A DNA stretch of 64,000 nt. It comes from Paramecium tetraurelia. Taxonomy: Eukaryota. Location: positions 523,067-587,066 of the forward strand of contig CT868318.1 of NCBI GenBank assembly GCA_000165425.1, read 5' to 3'. The notes beneath the pieces were generated by a model, which made no database searches, had not been told where the DNA came from, and saw only the letters and a program-made list of their open reading frames with translations. This document shows, one piece after another, positions 1 to 13,260 of the stretch. A program made the position numbers and the translations under genes. The first letter of the stretch is position 1. Every line of letters starts with the position of its first letter.

Positions 1-2
1 TA

Positions 3-248
3 AGTTCAATCTCTCATACAAATGTTAAACCTATTAAGGCATCTCATTAGTCTCATTTATCTTTATGCTCTCCTCCTAGAAATAGTTTTCTTTAAGATGA
101 ACATTAAATTCAAAGGAGATCAAGCCGAATTGAGTTAATAAGCAAATTATAAAGCCCAGGTGAAATCAGAGTTAGTTCGATGAATAGAAGAAACACAAGA
201 ACGTTGGTTCCAAATCTAAATTTGACAGGAATTTCGAGTATAAAATGA
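3..248 (+). CDS. 3' end of a hypothetical protein (partial, enters from the window edge)
   Basis: Open code-6 frame SSISHTNVKPIK...LVPNLNLTGISSIK ending at TGA 246-248. Confidence 0.55.
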
Positions 249-833
249 TATTTAAATATATATACACAGTGTATTCTAACAGTTTTAATTATAATTCTAG
301 TAGATAAACAACTAAGTTTATAAATAAAATAACGTATTAATTTAAAAAACAATTAATAATATATCCTAGTAGTTAAGTTAGAGCTTCGATAGTGTAATAG
401 CAAAAAGGAAGGATAATGTTGTGACTGTAAAAGTGCGAGATTTGAAAAATAAAAGTTGATTTGGCCTCACATTCGCTATAACTTTCAGCCAAAATTTAGA
501 GATTATCAATTAAATTTGAAATTAACTTATTTGATAAAAGTTATTATCAAACTATGAATAATTTAGTTATGTCTGAGGTATTAATGAACTTAGTAGAGAA
601 GAAGAAATGCAATAGAATTAATAGATTCTTTATCAAAAAAATTTAAAATTGAATAAGAATTTATCGAAGTTAAATGGAAATTCTAAAAATTTTTATGATT
701 AAATAGTTGAAATTATTTTATTTGTATTTTACTTAAACTAAATAGTGAATTAAAAAATTTGATATTAAATAATAATATTTTTATTTATTATTTTCATATT
801 TAATACAAAATTATATTATTAATGAACTTTTAA

Positions 834-3667
834 TCATAATGATTTATTTGAACTATCATCGATTTATGATTGCAATTGCTCATTTTGATTGCTTGATTTA
901 TCAATGTCTTGTTCTTATTACTTTTAACAATCTGTCTAAAGATTATTTCCTTAAATTTAATTAACTTAAGGGAGAGAAATCTAATCATTTTATTTTTCAA
1001 CTTCTTCTTCCATAATGAAAGTTCCATCCTTGAAATTGCCATCTTATATTTTCCCATCTATAAATTATAGATAACCCTTCCCATGAGGTTAATAGTTTTT
1101 AATCTATCCTATTTAATAAATCTCTTATTTTACCTTTATAAATGCTGTCATTTGGGAATTTAATAATAATATCTTGATTTAACACAAACTCATCTTATGA
1201 AAATTATCCTTGGTACTTACAATTATTATCTTATAAGGTAATCACTCCAAAGCCATCCTTTAAATCATCCAGCCATTCTCCTTCGTATGTATACTATTTG
1301 GCTAAAAACAAATGAAATTTATGCTTACTTTAATAGATTCCCATTCCATGTCTCTTTCCTGCCTTGTATATCCCTTTATAAATATCACCATTTGCCCACA
1401 CATATTGACCTTCTCCTTAAAACAATCCTTCAGAAAATTAACCAACATAGACATCTTTGTTGGGCAATATCAGTTTTCCAGTTCCACTATAACATCCATT
1501 TTTAAACCATCCTTCATATATTTAATTTTCTTTTTACAAATTACCATAGCCATTAAATTGATTATTTCTAAAATCAAACAATATATATACTCAAAATGAC
1601 CATCATATTAAAATTCATTGACAACAATCAGTATGCCATCTCCATGAAATTTATTATTTTTGAATTGACCCTTGTATTAAAATTTCTTATCCATTAACTT
1701 TTCATATCTTCCCTAACCATGTCGTAGGAAGTCTTGGATTTACCCTAAATATACTCTTTTTTAAAACAATTCAATCATTCCTCCATATTACATATTTCCA
1801 ATAAAAATGTCTGCATTTTCAAATACTTTGTAGAATGGGACTGTTGAATTTTTATCAAAACATTCAGAATTAGTAATGATAGAATAATCAAATGATTTTA
1901 GCCATTTTAGTCCGTTCTCTGTTTTAGTTATCCAATGTATGATTCCTTTTCTATTATGCTTTCTTATCACTCTCATTAAATCATATAGCAGATTACGATA
2001 TTCCTTAATTTTTAATTCATTAACCAAATCTTCTTTATGCTTCTTTATTTCTAATTTTTACGGGTCTTAAGATGCATTATCATCATCATCAGAGCTCTTT
2101 TTATTATAGATTCTAATATTACATCTTATGGACTTATTTCTTATTTAATTATCATACTCTTTCTGGTTCTTATTGCAGTCAATTTATTTATTCTTTCATC
2201 AAATGTTTATAAATTGATAAAAAAATAGCTAATTTCTGATAACAGTTTTATTTAATGATCATGTATTATTTTTCTGATCCAATCTTCACTTCCTTGAAAT
2301 GTTATCTTCTGACTTTGAATAGGAATCAATCTCTTTAACAAATCTTATTAATTCAAATCCAATTATTTTAAACAATCTGTATTAATGGCACTGTATAGTT
2401 ATTTTTCAATTAATTTAAGACTTAATTAAACATATACTTTACTTTAATAATTTCTTATGCTATTCTCTTAAGATATTTAGTTCTCCAGTGTCCACATCTA
2501 TAATGATATCCGGATTCAATTGATTGAGACCTTTGATAAATTTGTTCGTAGTCCCAATCAAATACCCTTTAAGATTTTTACTCTGAAGCATATTGATATC
2601 GGTCACACTAAAATGCATAAATAATCGATAGGTCTCACTAAATATTTTAAAGGGCAATCCAAAATTACTCAAGTAGCTTGCCTTGAAATAATGAAATTGA
2701 TTACCTATAGTAATGACTTTTTGGTTTACAAATTAAAATTTAACAAACCTGGAATCAGAGATAATAAACTGATTATAAATCTAGAGCAAACACTAGAAGA
2801 TTAAGAGTATATAATTATTTTCATCTAATATTAAATTGCCTTCAAGATTTTAAGTATTTTATCTTTGAAAATCCAAAAGACTCCTATCAAATTAGTATCG
2901 GTGTATAAAGCTGAGATCTCAACATTCCTTAAATCAAAGGTTTATTAAATGCTGTCAAATGCATAATTTAAAATTGACATATCTTTAAAGTCTTATAATT
3001 GAAAATACGCCTCTATAGTTGGTTCCAACCTGCTCTTGATATATCCAAAGAGTGGTACGAAGGATAAAAGGCAAATGGCTTTTTAGATATGTCCTCTAGT
3101 TAATTCTGGGTTCTGCTTTTTTAACTCCTCTGTCACTTTAATCTATTTGAAGCATGTTACTCCAAACAATTATTTTGTCTGACCATTGATTTATGCATCA
3201 AAATTAAAATATAAGTAGTCTTCATTTGCATTATGAACTGCATCTGGCAAAGCACATGTCGTCACTGTGTTAACAATATTCTCAATATCATTTGTCAATG
3301 ATGACAATTCAGGGTAACAGTATTCAATTTCTGACCCCCTTTTATGATGAAATCCAACTGCAAATATTGCTAATACTGGAGTTTATTCCTATTAGAGAGC
3401 ATATAAATCCATTAATTTTTATTGCAATTCAACATCAAAGATTTGTTCAGGACTTTTAAAGATTTCTTATATTTATTTACTAAATCCTTATGAATCTCTA
3501 TTTAGATTTACTTAAATTAAATTATTGGAGGTCATTATCTCCCAATAATTATAACACTTTTCTGAATTCAAATATTTTCTCATATACCTTTCTTTTCTTG
3601 TAAGTCTATGTTTATTTTAATCATCTGAAAGTTTTTAATTCAATTTTTTCTACAGCCACTTTTTCAT
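834..3667 (-). CDS. AVL9: AVL9/DENN-type trafficking protein with C-terminal MORN repeats
   Basis: VLAIFAVGFHHKRGSEIEYCYP, ALPDAVHNANEDYLYF, LFGVTCFKQI, TRGHIQKAI..PLFGYIKSRL match the AVL9 family; YxGxF/W...GxG MORN repeats at ~1000-1750; 23-nt intron 1568-1590. Confidence 0.85.
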
Positions 3668-4290
3668 TAAATTAATTAAGAATTATTATTGTCTAATTAT
3701 TTTTAATTAAAACAATACTAAAAGGAATTATTGATACATTAGATATGATATCATTCCTAAATTTCTTATACTGAATTTAATGGCAATATATGTATAGCAA
3801 TCCGATATGAACTAGTGTTAGCTTTGAAATCAAAAAAAGTGTTAAAAAATGCAAAAATTATAATATGATTAATTTAGAATTGTAGATCTATTTGAGCTGA
3901 AAATAAAAAGAATTTGAAACAATAGTTGGTAAATTTATTATGAGAGCATGTATAAAAATTTAATAATTTAAAAAAAATTTGTCCTTCTAATAATGATGTC
4001 ACCTAAATACTTACGAAAATATCTTAGCTACAAAATTTATAAACCAATAAAAAGTAAAGGATCTTTATAAAAACAATATACAACTATTTTGATATTTGTC
4101 TTTTCCTTTGGTAAAGATTTTAAGAATCTTTAAAATTGTCGAACCAAAATGTATAAGATTCAATTAGTTTACAGGTGAAAAGCAGATATTTATATGAAAT
4201 ACAATCTAGGAGAAAACTTTATAATGTAAATCTTTATATTCATTTTTAAATTGTATGTTATTAACAAAAATAAAGGAAAATACTTATATT

Positions 4291-5705
4291 TCATAATTCA
4301 CTACTTAACTTTGACACTTTATGAATAAATTTATTTGTTTATTCTTTTCGTGCTCTTTAACTCAAAATTTCATTTTTATCAGCTACCTAATTCAAAAGAA
4401 AGCCAATTAGTTTTCTTTTGAATTAATTTTCACTTTAGAATTTTTTAAATTCTTCATGTTAAATGGTTTGCTTTTCTTCATTTTGAAATTATTCAGACAC
4501 AGTTCTCGCTGATCTTTGTATCTCCTAATTCATTCTTCTTATTTTTCTTTTAAATTATTTTTTTTCCTTCTTTTGTTCATCTTCTAATTCAACACAATAT
4601 CCTATAATATCTTGCATTTAATGCTAAGTATCAGGATCCACACCTTTTCCATTCCACTTTTGTTTAGTCGTCAAGAATGTCTAAGAGTGCGTATGTGTAT
4701 TCAAGGCAGTTTGAGGCCTTGATTCAAAATTGCTAATTTCAGGAGATTATCTATGAGACAATGGTTTATTATTAATTCCAAATTTTAATCTCCTTTTGAC
4801 CTTATTTTATATTTATTGTTGTGGGGGAGTCCTATAAAATTTTCTTAGATCTGCCTTTTATGTTACATTTTAAACTTCATTTTCAAAGATTTAAGCAAAT
4901 AGTTTATCTTAGATTTCTTTTTATTTTTTAAATGTAGTCATTTTTAATTTATTCTTTTTACTATACTCCGGTTCAAATTGATCAAACCTAGATTCTTTAT
5001 ACACTTTGACCAAATTATTTTTCTCATCCTTACTTATTATTTAATCCAATTCCTCTTAATTAATCCTCCTTTCTATCAATTCATTTAATTTGTCCTGATG
5101 TTGAGTCATGGAAACCTTCTCAACATCTACATTTAAAAGTTTACCAATATCAACCTCAGGATGTTATTTGCATAGTTCGGTCAGAAAGTAATTAATCTAT
5201 TAATCATCACTCAATTCAACATGATTAAGTTCTACTAGGTTACATTTTTTTTGAGCTTGCAATTTTTAAAGGTTGGCTTTGAGATTAGCCATTTTGTATT
5301 CCTGATATAAAGAACTAGTGGAATTCTATTTCATCAATTCATCATGAATAAGAGATGCAACCTTTTATTCTGGTTTCGGTTAGACTTTATGTGATTTTTT
5401 ATGATTAGAAATTTTTGGTCTTGAATAACTTTCATCTTATGAAATCTCTCTCTTTTAAAATTTACTAACTTTATTTGGTGTATCAATATTTGTTTATATG
5501 TTTAAACTAACTAAACTTTAAGCATTAACAGTATTTGTGCCATTCGACACTAGTTTATAATTTTTATACATCTCATGTCAGCAAGTTTTTTATTTATATA
5601 AAGAGTCAAGTTCTGTCTCTAATAATCTTAGTAAAACCCCACTTGTTGTCTGATTGGATGATCTTGTATTGTTTTTTTTACAAGAAATCCCGTAAAAGAA
5701 GACAT
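4291..5705 (-). CDS. Hypothetical charged/coiled-coil protein
   Basis: ATG 5705 (MSSFTGFLVKK), one 20-nt intron near 5560 restores the frame, TGA at 4291. Confidence 0.7.
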
Positions 5706-5743
5706 TAAATTTAATTATAACGAGTTATGTAAAATATAATATT

Positions 5744-7040
5744 TCAATCATTGGTATTTTGCAATTCACATTTTCTCTTATTTTTCCATTTTGAAATCAG
5801 ATCACTTTTATTTAAAAACTAAAATTGGTTATCCTTATAATCTAAAAATTAATTACCGATTGATCTTGTTCCAAAATTAGTTCTTATTAATAAATACATA
5901 ATTATGGAGATTGCAATGGACTCAGAAGAGGAGATTTTCCTATAGACTAAGAATTATTAAAATATAAAGGAGTATGGACAATAGATGCTGATTGATTGAA
6001 TTCAAATAGATTAGGAAATTAATCTTTACAACACTAATGCACATTAATCCCAACACCAATTGATTAATAAACATTGTTTGAGTCTTACTCATTAGTCTGT
6101 TCTTTTATTTTACTGTTCGATAAGCTTAATTAAGGTTATTCTAAATTTTAGAATGAGTCAGAAAATATTTAAGTTGAGATTTTATTTTACTCATTACAGC
6201 TGTTGTTAATTTCTTGCACCTTAAAGCTTCCAAGATAATTAAAATCAGATAAACTGCTCCTATTCCCTAAGCTTTATGTATCACAATTTCCTTAGGTTGA
6301 ATAGCAAAATTAATTCTTGACTTATTAAAGTAAGTAGATATATTGATTTTCTTAGTTTATTGCATTCTAGTCAAGTTTTTCAGTATCAATTTTAACTTTT
6401 TTTGATTAAATAAGAATATCTTCCTTCAATTCTTATTTTTCCTCTTTATGAGGGATGGTTTTCTGAATTTTGTCTTTAGAAGTTTCCATTAAATTACTGT
6501 CTTATTTGCTTTTATGATCTGGGCTCCTTAGTGGTCTTTTTGAGATATATTACTTAACTGCAATAAGTTCATCAATATCATCATCATCTTATTCTTAATA
6601 TATTCTATGAAGTAAACTTTTATATCTATTATTTTAAGATTAAAAACATACCTATTTTTCACTTAATTTTCGGTTCTACCATCTAAATATTTTGAGATCA
6701 TCGACCACCTTTTGCCATTCTCAATTGCTAAAGATAATAATTAATGATCTTCTCTATCTGTCCAGCTTGACCTAATATAAATAAAATATTTATTAAACTT
6801 TTTCAAAATAGGATTTAAATAATTCATCCACCTTTCTCTGACTTGTTTTGGAGTTCTAACGTAGAGACCATTGTTGTGATTATATAATTCCAATGCTATT
6901 TCAGTCCATATATGTTTCCCTTGCTTAACACTATTAAATAATTTAATAATAACTCCTACTTCATCTATGACTTTATGATGTCGTCCTCTTCTTTTTCCCA
7001 AATTAGACTTTTGGCCATTGGGGTTATTAATGTTATCCAT
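5744..7040 (-). CDS. R2R3-type Myb transcription factor
   Basis: WTEIALEL..RTPKQVRERWMNYLNP, SWTDREDHQLL..GKRWSMISKYLDGRTENQVKNR; small introns; 3' end depends on a predicted 23-nt intron. Confidence 0.85.
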
Positions 7041-7774
7041 CTTTATTTTAAGGTTTATTCCTCTTATCCGAAAATACTTGTTAATTCTTTCCATTCTTCA
7101 GATGTGGGATTGATAGTTTTTTTATTTTTCATCTGAAAATACTTGATCATAGCCAAAATGAATGACTATTTACACTATTAGTCCCATTTTTTATTTAATT
7201 TGTGGTAATTTTGGGTTAAAAGCCTTACATAAATTTATAATTTACTTTTCTGAAATTTCATAAAAATTAGGATTGATTAGGCTTTCCTTGGTTTTAAATT
7301 GATTTCTATAATAACAAGGAATGTCTATTTCTTAGTAATTTCTCAATTTATTCAAGAAGTCATGGAAATTTTGCATTATAATTTATGTTACTAAATCTTA
7401 ATAATAAATATTTAATTAGTTATTACACCAGTTAGTTGTAATTTAATTTCAATAAAAAATTCTCTACAACAATAATCACCAAGAAATATTCCCTTTTTTT
7501 ATAAACAGAAAATTCAATTTAATTAAAATGATATAATAATTATTTTTCCAATCAAATCACGAATAAGTTTATAATAATAAAGTGATATCATAATTTCATT
7601 AAGATATTTAAATAGAAAAATAATGGCCAAATTTACAAAACTTTGGCTTTTTTATAGATCAAATAAAATGAGTGAAACTACAAATTTATTTCTTAAAATA
7701 TCTCATAATTTGAATAACTAATTATATAATAATATTTAAAATGCAAATTAGAGTAATTGGATAGTGAATTTAAA

Positions 7775-8678
7775 TCAACAACTACTAATCTCAAATTTTT
7801 CCCCTACTCTCATCATCTGTTTGATCATCCAATGTCATTTCTAAATTGGAGAATTAAGATTTGCATCAGCTATCAATTCAATTTCCTCATTGCAATAATT
7901 AGCAGTGTGAGTTCTTGTCTTTGGAAATCAACTTTATCTTTATTTCTCTGATTAATTAAAATCATATTTAAAGAAAGTATCTGTCTTTTTGAATGCTTCT
8001 TTTATGTCAATTCATTCATAAGATATTATTTATATAATTAAGAGACTGGACGAACATCAATTTACTTAATATTACAATAAATTAAATACCTAACTTAACC
8101 TAATAAGAAATGGTAATAGAGACTCAAGTTCAGTATCATTCTTATCTGTAGTGAAGTCTTTGATCAAAAATCCATTCTCCCGCTGAAATAGAAATGATAT
8201 CTTTGAGTTCTAAGATATTATAAAATTATCATCCATCTATAATGTTCATGATTGGATCTGCATACTCTTTCAAACTTGCAGTCCACATTATTACCTCATA
8301 GTATTCGCTTAAAGTCTATATGAAGTTTCTACCCCAGGTCTAATTGTCACAAATACTTTAAACAATAAACTTTACACTATGATCTAATATATTCTGCATT
8401 ATTACATCAAATGAAAATCATAACTATTATCTGGTTTATATTGACAATGGACCAATGTTTCATCTAAATATAAAACACAAATTTTTCTACACTAATATAT
8501 TTATTTTTCAATTTTACATGTAATTTTGGGGAATCGATTCCTTTAATTGATACTTTTCATTGGTTTTGTGGGTTTTTTTACGAAAAAAGTAATTGCAAGA
8601 ACACAACTTCTCTAAACAATTTGGTTATCTTTCTAACCGTTCTTGCCACTGCTAATATACAATGTAATTTGTATTCAT
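7775..8678 (-). pseudogene. Pseudogene of an SCP/FCP1 (NIF) CTD-phosphatase family gene
   Basis: CVLYLDETLVHC (D->Y), VTIRPG, WTASLKEYADP, ENGFLIKDF...DTELESLLPFL recognisable but broken by frameshifts, an internal deletion and a GG splice donor. Confidence 0.8.
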
Positions 8679-9003
8679 TCTTTATTATTTAAATAATGAA
8701 TTAAATTTACAAATTACTTCTTTAGAGATGAATTTTCATTTCAATCTTATTGTTGTCACTAATAAAAATAAGAGAATTTTACAATAAGTTAGAAAAATAA
8801 CTAGATAACATTTTAGATCTAAGAGAATCAACAAAATTCTTGATCATTTCAAAAATTAACTCTATCTGTGTTTTATGTATAATTTGAATTCATGTGAAAT
8901 GTTGATTCTTGAGAATGAAAAATTTGTAACTGCAAAAATAAGGATATGTTGATGAAAATTACAATAAAGTATGAAAAATGATAATTATATATAGAACTGA
9001 AAA

Positions 9004-9699
9004 TCATGATTTATCTAGAAGATCTGCAACTGTGTACATTCTTCTAAATGTTTTTTAATTAGATTTCGGTTTTTCCTCATTTGGATCAATAACTTTGATT
9101 TAAATTTGTTTATTAAATGAAACTATTTTCTTTCCAGGATTGAATTGTGGAGAATAGTCTTCCTTTTCAATTGGTTGAAGTGAAATTTATTTACTGTGCT
9201 TAAGTCTATTGAAATTTGGTTTTTATTATTATTATTTTAAATCCTAATTATCTAACTCAAAGAAATCAAAAATATCAGCATGTTCTCTACTGTTAGAGCT
9301 TTTTCTTTTTAGAATGCTTTTTAATTAAGTCTGCTAATCTTCAATTTGATCATCTTTTCTTAATCTACTTCGATGAGTAGATTCCTATTATTTAATTAAA
9401 GGTTTGAGCACTGTATGCTTCTTGTCTTATCTAAATATTTCTCTAATGAGTTCTTTGCGCTAGATTTCCATACGTGATGTAATATGATCAGCATTGGATT
9501 CGACCTATGAGATTTTGAATAAGTTAAGCTAATCCATTCCTTTTGACGATTTGAAGATTGAGTTGGATTATTGTTTTTGAAACTAATTCTAGGATGGAGT
9601 CTAAACTATTTCAGGCAGAAAACTATTATTTCTGGAGGAAGGACGAGAAAAGTGAATCTATTTTTTATTGTCTTATCTCAGTTGTGCTTGAGAATTCAT
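9004..9699 (-). CDS. Hypothetical 231-aa protein with SILK and RVxF-like (KIVSF) motifs; putative PP1 interactor
   Basis: Intronless code-6 ORF MNSQAQLRQDNKK...LKSILKRK...GKKIVSFNKQIQIKVI...LDKS*. Confidence 0.7.
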
Positions 9700-9834
9700 T
9701 AAATAAATTATAAAACTCACTCATCATTTCAATTAAACAACATTATGAATTTTGTAACTACTAATTTCATTAACATAACAAACTTTGAAAAATCAAGAGC
9801 CTTTATAGTAATAAATCTAAAAATGTAAAAACAT

Positions 9835-12800
9835 TCATTTTTCTGTAAGTTCTCTATACCCTTTCCAATCATGTGGAGCCTTTCCACCGTTGGAATGAAT
9901 CACATCCAAAAGAGTATTGGAAGGACCGTCCTTATGTTCAGGAATCATGTTCTTCAAACTTAAATTAAATAGAATACCAAGGTTTTTTGAAATATTAATT
10001 GAGCCTTGTCCCATGTGCCTTTGATGTAATGTTAGAACCCTTCTTTCCAGGTGTTATAGAATTCCTAAAATATAAGATCTAAAATTAGATTACTATTGTA
10101 AAAGGTTCTCTAGCATAAAGGAGTTCTTCATCAGTAAGAAATTGAGCTGCAACATTAACTTTGTCTTTTGAAACATCCTTTTGTAATTGTTCCCTTTTGA
10201 ATCGACTAAGAACTCGAAATTGCTTTTATTCCTTCTGATTCATCTTGCTAGTGTCAAACTTGTCTTTCAACTCCTTTGATTTTTGAATCAAATTCTTTAT
10301 TGACATATCAATAGTGTGAATTTCCACTGGTTCTACACTGCCCTTCACTGTGACAATGTCAATCATTCTTAATTATTGTTGGCATTCTTAAGTCAAATAT
10401 TGTTTTAAGATCCCACTTATTAATATTATAGAACCAAACTATTTAGTCGCGGCTTCTAACCTAGATGCCATATTAACATTAGGACTCAAGTAAGAAGCAT
10501 CGATTTTGAAAGATGAACCAATTGCTCCTTCAATACCCCATCCCATATGTAATCCAAATCCCATCTTCACTGAATAATCTTTCATTCTTGCATTCAAACC
10601 AGCATGCTTCTTGTACCTATCTAATTTCTTTGAAATTGATATTGAAGTAATTATCTTCAAGAAAGCCAACACTGCCATGTCTCCTTTTTGTTTGATATGA
10701 TGATCTGTTTTCACTATCAACTTAGATGGATTTTGTGGGTTGGGATGATATTCCATTGGTAAATATTTCCAAACTAATAGGAATGCATCTCCAATATTCT
10801 TATTAGCAGATCCTCCATATTGATCAACTGTTGAATGCACAATCTCAGCAATTTCATTCACAAATACCATTACATCTTACTATAAGACTTCTGTTGCATC
10901 AGTGAAATTTCTAATATCACAAAAACCAAATATTGCCATTATTTTCTTACCTGGGAGCATTGGATCTACACTCCCTCCTTTCTTAATATTTTCTGCAATG
11001 ATTTCAGAGCCTGCCTCCCCAAATCCTACGGCCAATAAAGCACCAACTTTCATGATCAACCTTTAAAGAATATATGTTTCCATTTGCTTCTCTATATACT
11101 TCTCCTTTATCTTCTCATGATCCTCATTCTATTCCAATTGCTACATTATCAAATCCTCCTACTCCTCTATGTTTACTGCCTCCAAAGGATTCTGAGCTAT
11201 TTATTCTATCTTTTCCATCATCTTCTCTATTGGGTCTATAACCAAATCATTCACGTTTTTATTAAACAAAATGGCACTAGAGGCCAAAACTATGCATACA
11301 AATACTGTCTAAAATATTGAAAGAATGGCATTTGTTTGATTGTAGTCAACTAAATCACCTACTGAACATGTTATTAATTTATTATTTATATCCACTGCAG
11401 CATAATATTGTTTATCAGAGAATCTGTACTCATCGATATTTTGGTTTGTCGAAGAAAACCAATCAGGGTTTTGAGAATAATTGAATATTTAGAAATTTGT
11501 CTCGTTTAATTTTGGGAATTAGTCTGTTACATCATTTCTTAATACAAAAACAGCCAAAATTGGAAAAATCTCGTCCTAATGAAATTGAACATATTGCCTT
11601 GTTAGGATCTGTACAAGTTTTTGATCATTTCTAAACTAACCAATTCTAAAAATACCAGAATCATAAGAGTTTATTATTTCTTAATAAGTATCTAAAGTTA
11701 ATACTGGTATACTAATTAATATTGCTAAAATAATAGTTATGACTCTTCTCATTACTAAATCAGATAATCGAGAACCAACATTGCTTTCATGAACCTTTTC
11801 GCTGAGCTATAGAGATTATTGACTCTACCTTATCTACTCATTACTACTACTTCCTTATGCATTTTGATCGGATGGTTATCCTTATTAAATAGATAAAGCA
11901 GACAATTACGAACTATTTAAATTATTTTGTTGAGAATTCTATTATTGTTATTATTATTATTATTGTTATTATTATTAAATTTAACCTAAAAATGGCTTGC
12001 AAGTCTCTTTAATTTGCTATTACAATTCACTCTATTCTTATTTATCATCAATATTTTTATATTATTGGGCACGAGATGGAGGAGGAGATGGAAGAGATTA
12101 ATTCCTTTGAATATATATTTATTTTTGAGATTATGAATTGATTTTTTATTATTATTATTGCTGTCTTTAATTCTCCTCACTGATTAATCTATTTTATTTT
12201 AATATATCTTAAAGGATCTTTTTTTATTAATCCTTCTCATATTATTGTCTGGCATGTTTATATAGTTTTACCAGCCTTACTAGACGAATAATCCTAATGA
12301 CTCTGGCTGCTTTTCTTGCAACCCTGGATGCCCTACCCAAAGCCTTGATTGTTGCAGCATTACCGATATCTCCTTCATCTCCATACCATAAATCTGTTAT
12401 CCATCCAATATCCAAAATCATTGTTGCAGTTGATATTACATCAAGAAAAAAATAAAACTAATCTTAGCACTTAATTAATTACATTTAGAATATAATTTGG
12501 ATTTGCTATTGAGGTTAGAATTATTTCTATTGTAAAAAAAGACATGCTTATTATTGTGAGAATAAAGAAGATATCATCTAAATCTTTGTTGACACTTAGG
12601 ATTCTTATATCATCCCCAAAAAGTGCATAAAGTGTAACAATCGCCATTAAAATTGAGAATGCCCATCCTTCAATAAATTAAGAAACGAATTGTTAAATTG
12701 CAGATGTTTATTTTAAACTTTATTTTTTCTAAAATCTCGCTTTAATTTTGCTGTTCATTTTCCTTATTTATTTCTTCTTAGGCTCATCACTGATTTATTG

Positions 12801-13260
12801 ATTACTCATAGGCTTTGCACTCCTACTACTCTTGGCACTCTTACCACTCTTACCACTCTTGATACTCCTTGCGCTTGATTAACTTTTATTTGATTTTTAA
12901 TCATTGATTTCTCCTACGCTTGAAGGACTCCTTACTTTTCTAATTTTTCCTTCTTAAGCTTCAATTTCTTCTCTACTCAATTCTTTTTTTACATATGGTA
13001 AGGATTTTTATTTATCAGTTAGCTTTTTATAATTGTTTACTTTTATACCAAATGGCCTTGTTATTATTCTTTGTCATTTAATTTTCCTTGGCTAACTGCA
13101 TTGAAATCTATGTTTTTTGCATAAAAAATAGCATTGTAATATATACTGGATGCGGTTAATTTATAACAATATTCATCATCGCAAAGCTAGGCTTTCTTTA
13201 TTCATCATTTTCAGATTCTCTTGAGGGATAGTATTTCATAGATTCATCTCTCTCTGTCAT
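9835..13260 (-). CDS. Ion-channel/adenylyl cyclase fusion (alveolate class III AC)
   Basis: TM segments, S4-like RASRVARKAARVIRIIRLVRLVKLYK, catalytic FGFCDIRNFTD..NKNIGDAFL..IDASYLSPNVNMASRLEAATK, C-terminal DWKGYRELTEK*; exact 5' exon structure unresolved. Confidence 0.92.
12820..12872 (-). repeat. Imperfect 9-bp coding tandem repeat (K/R-S-x) in the AC N-terminus
   Basis: actcttacc/actcttggc units encode RSIKSGKSGKSAKSSRSAK. Confidence 0.7.
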
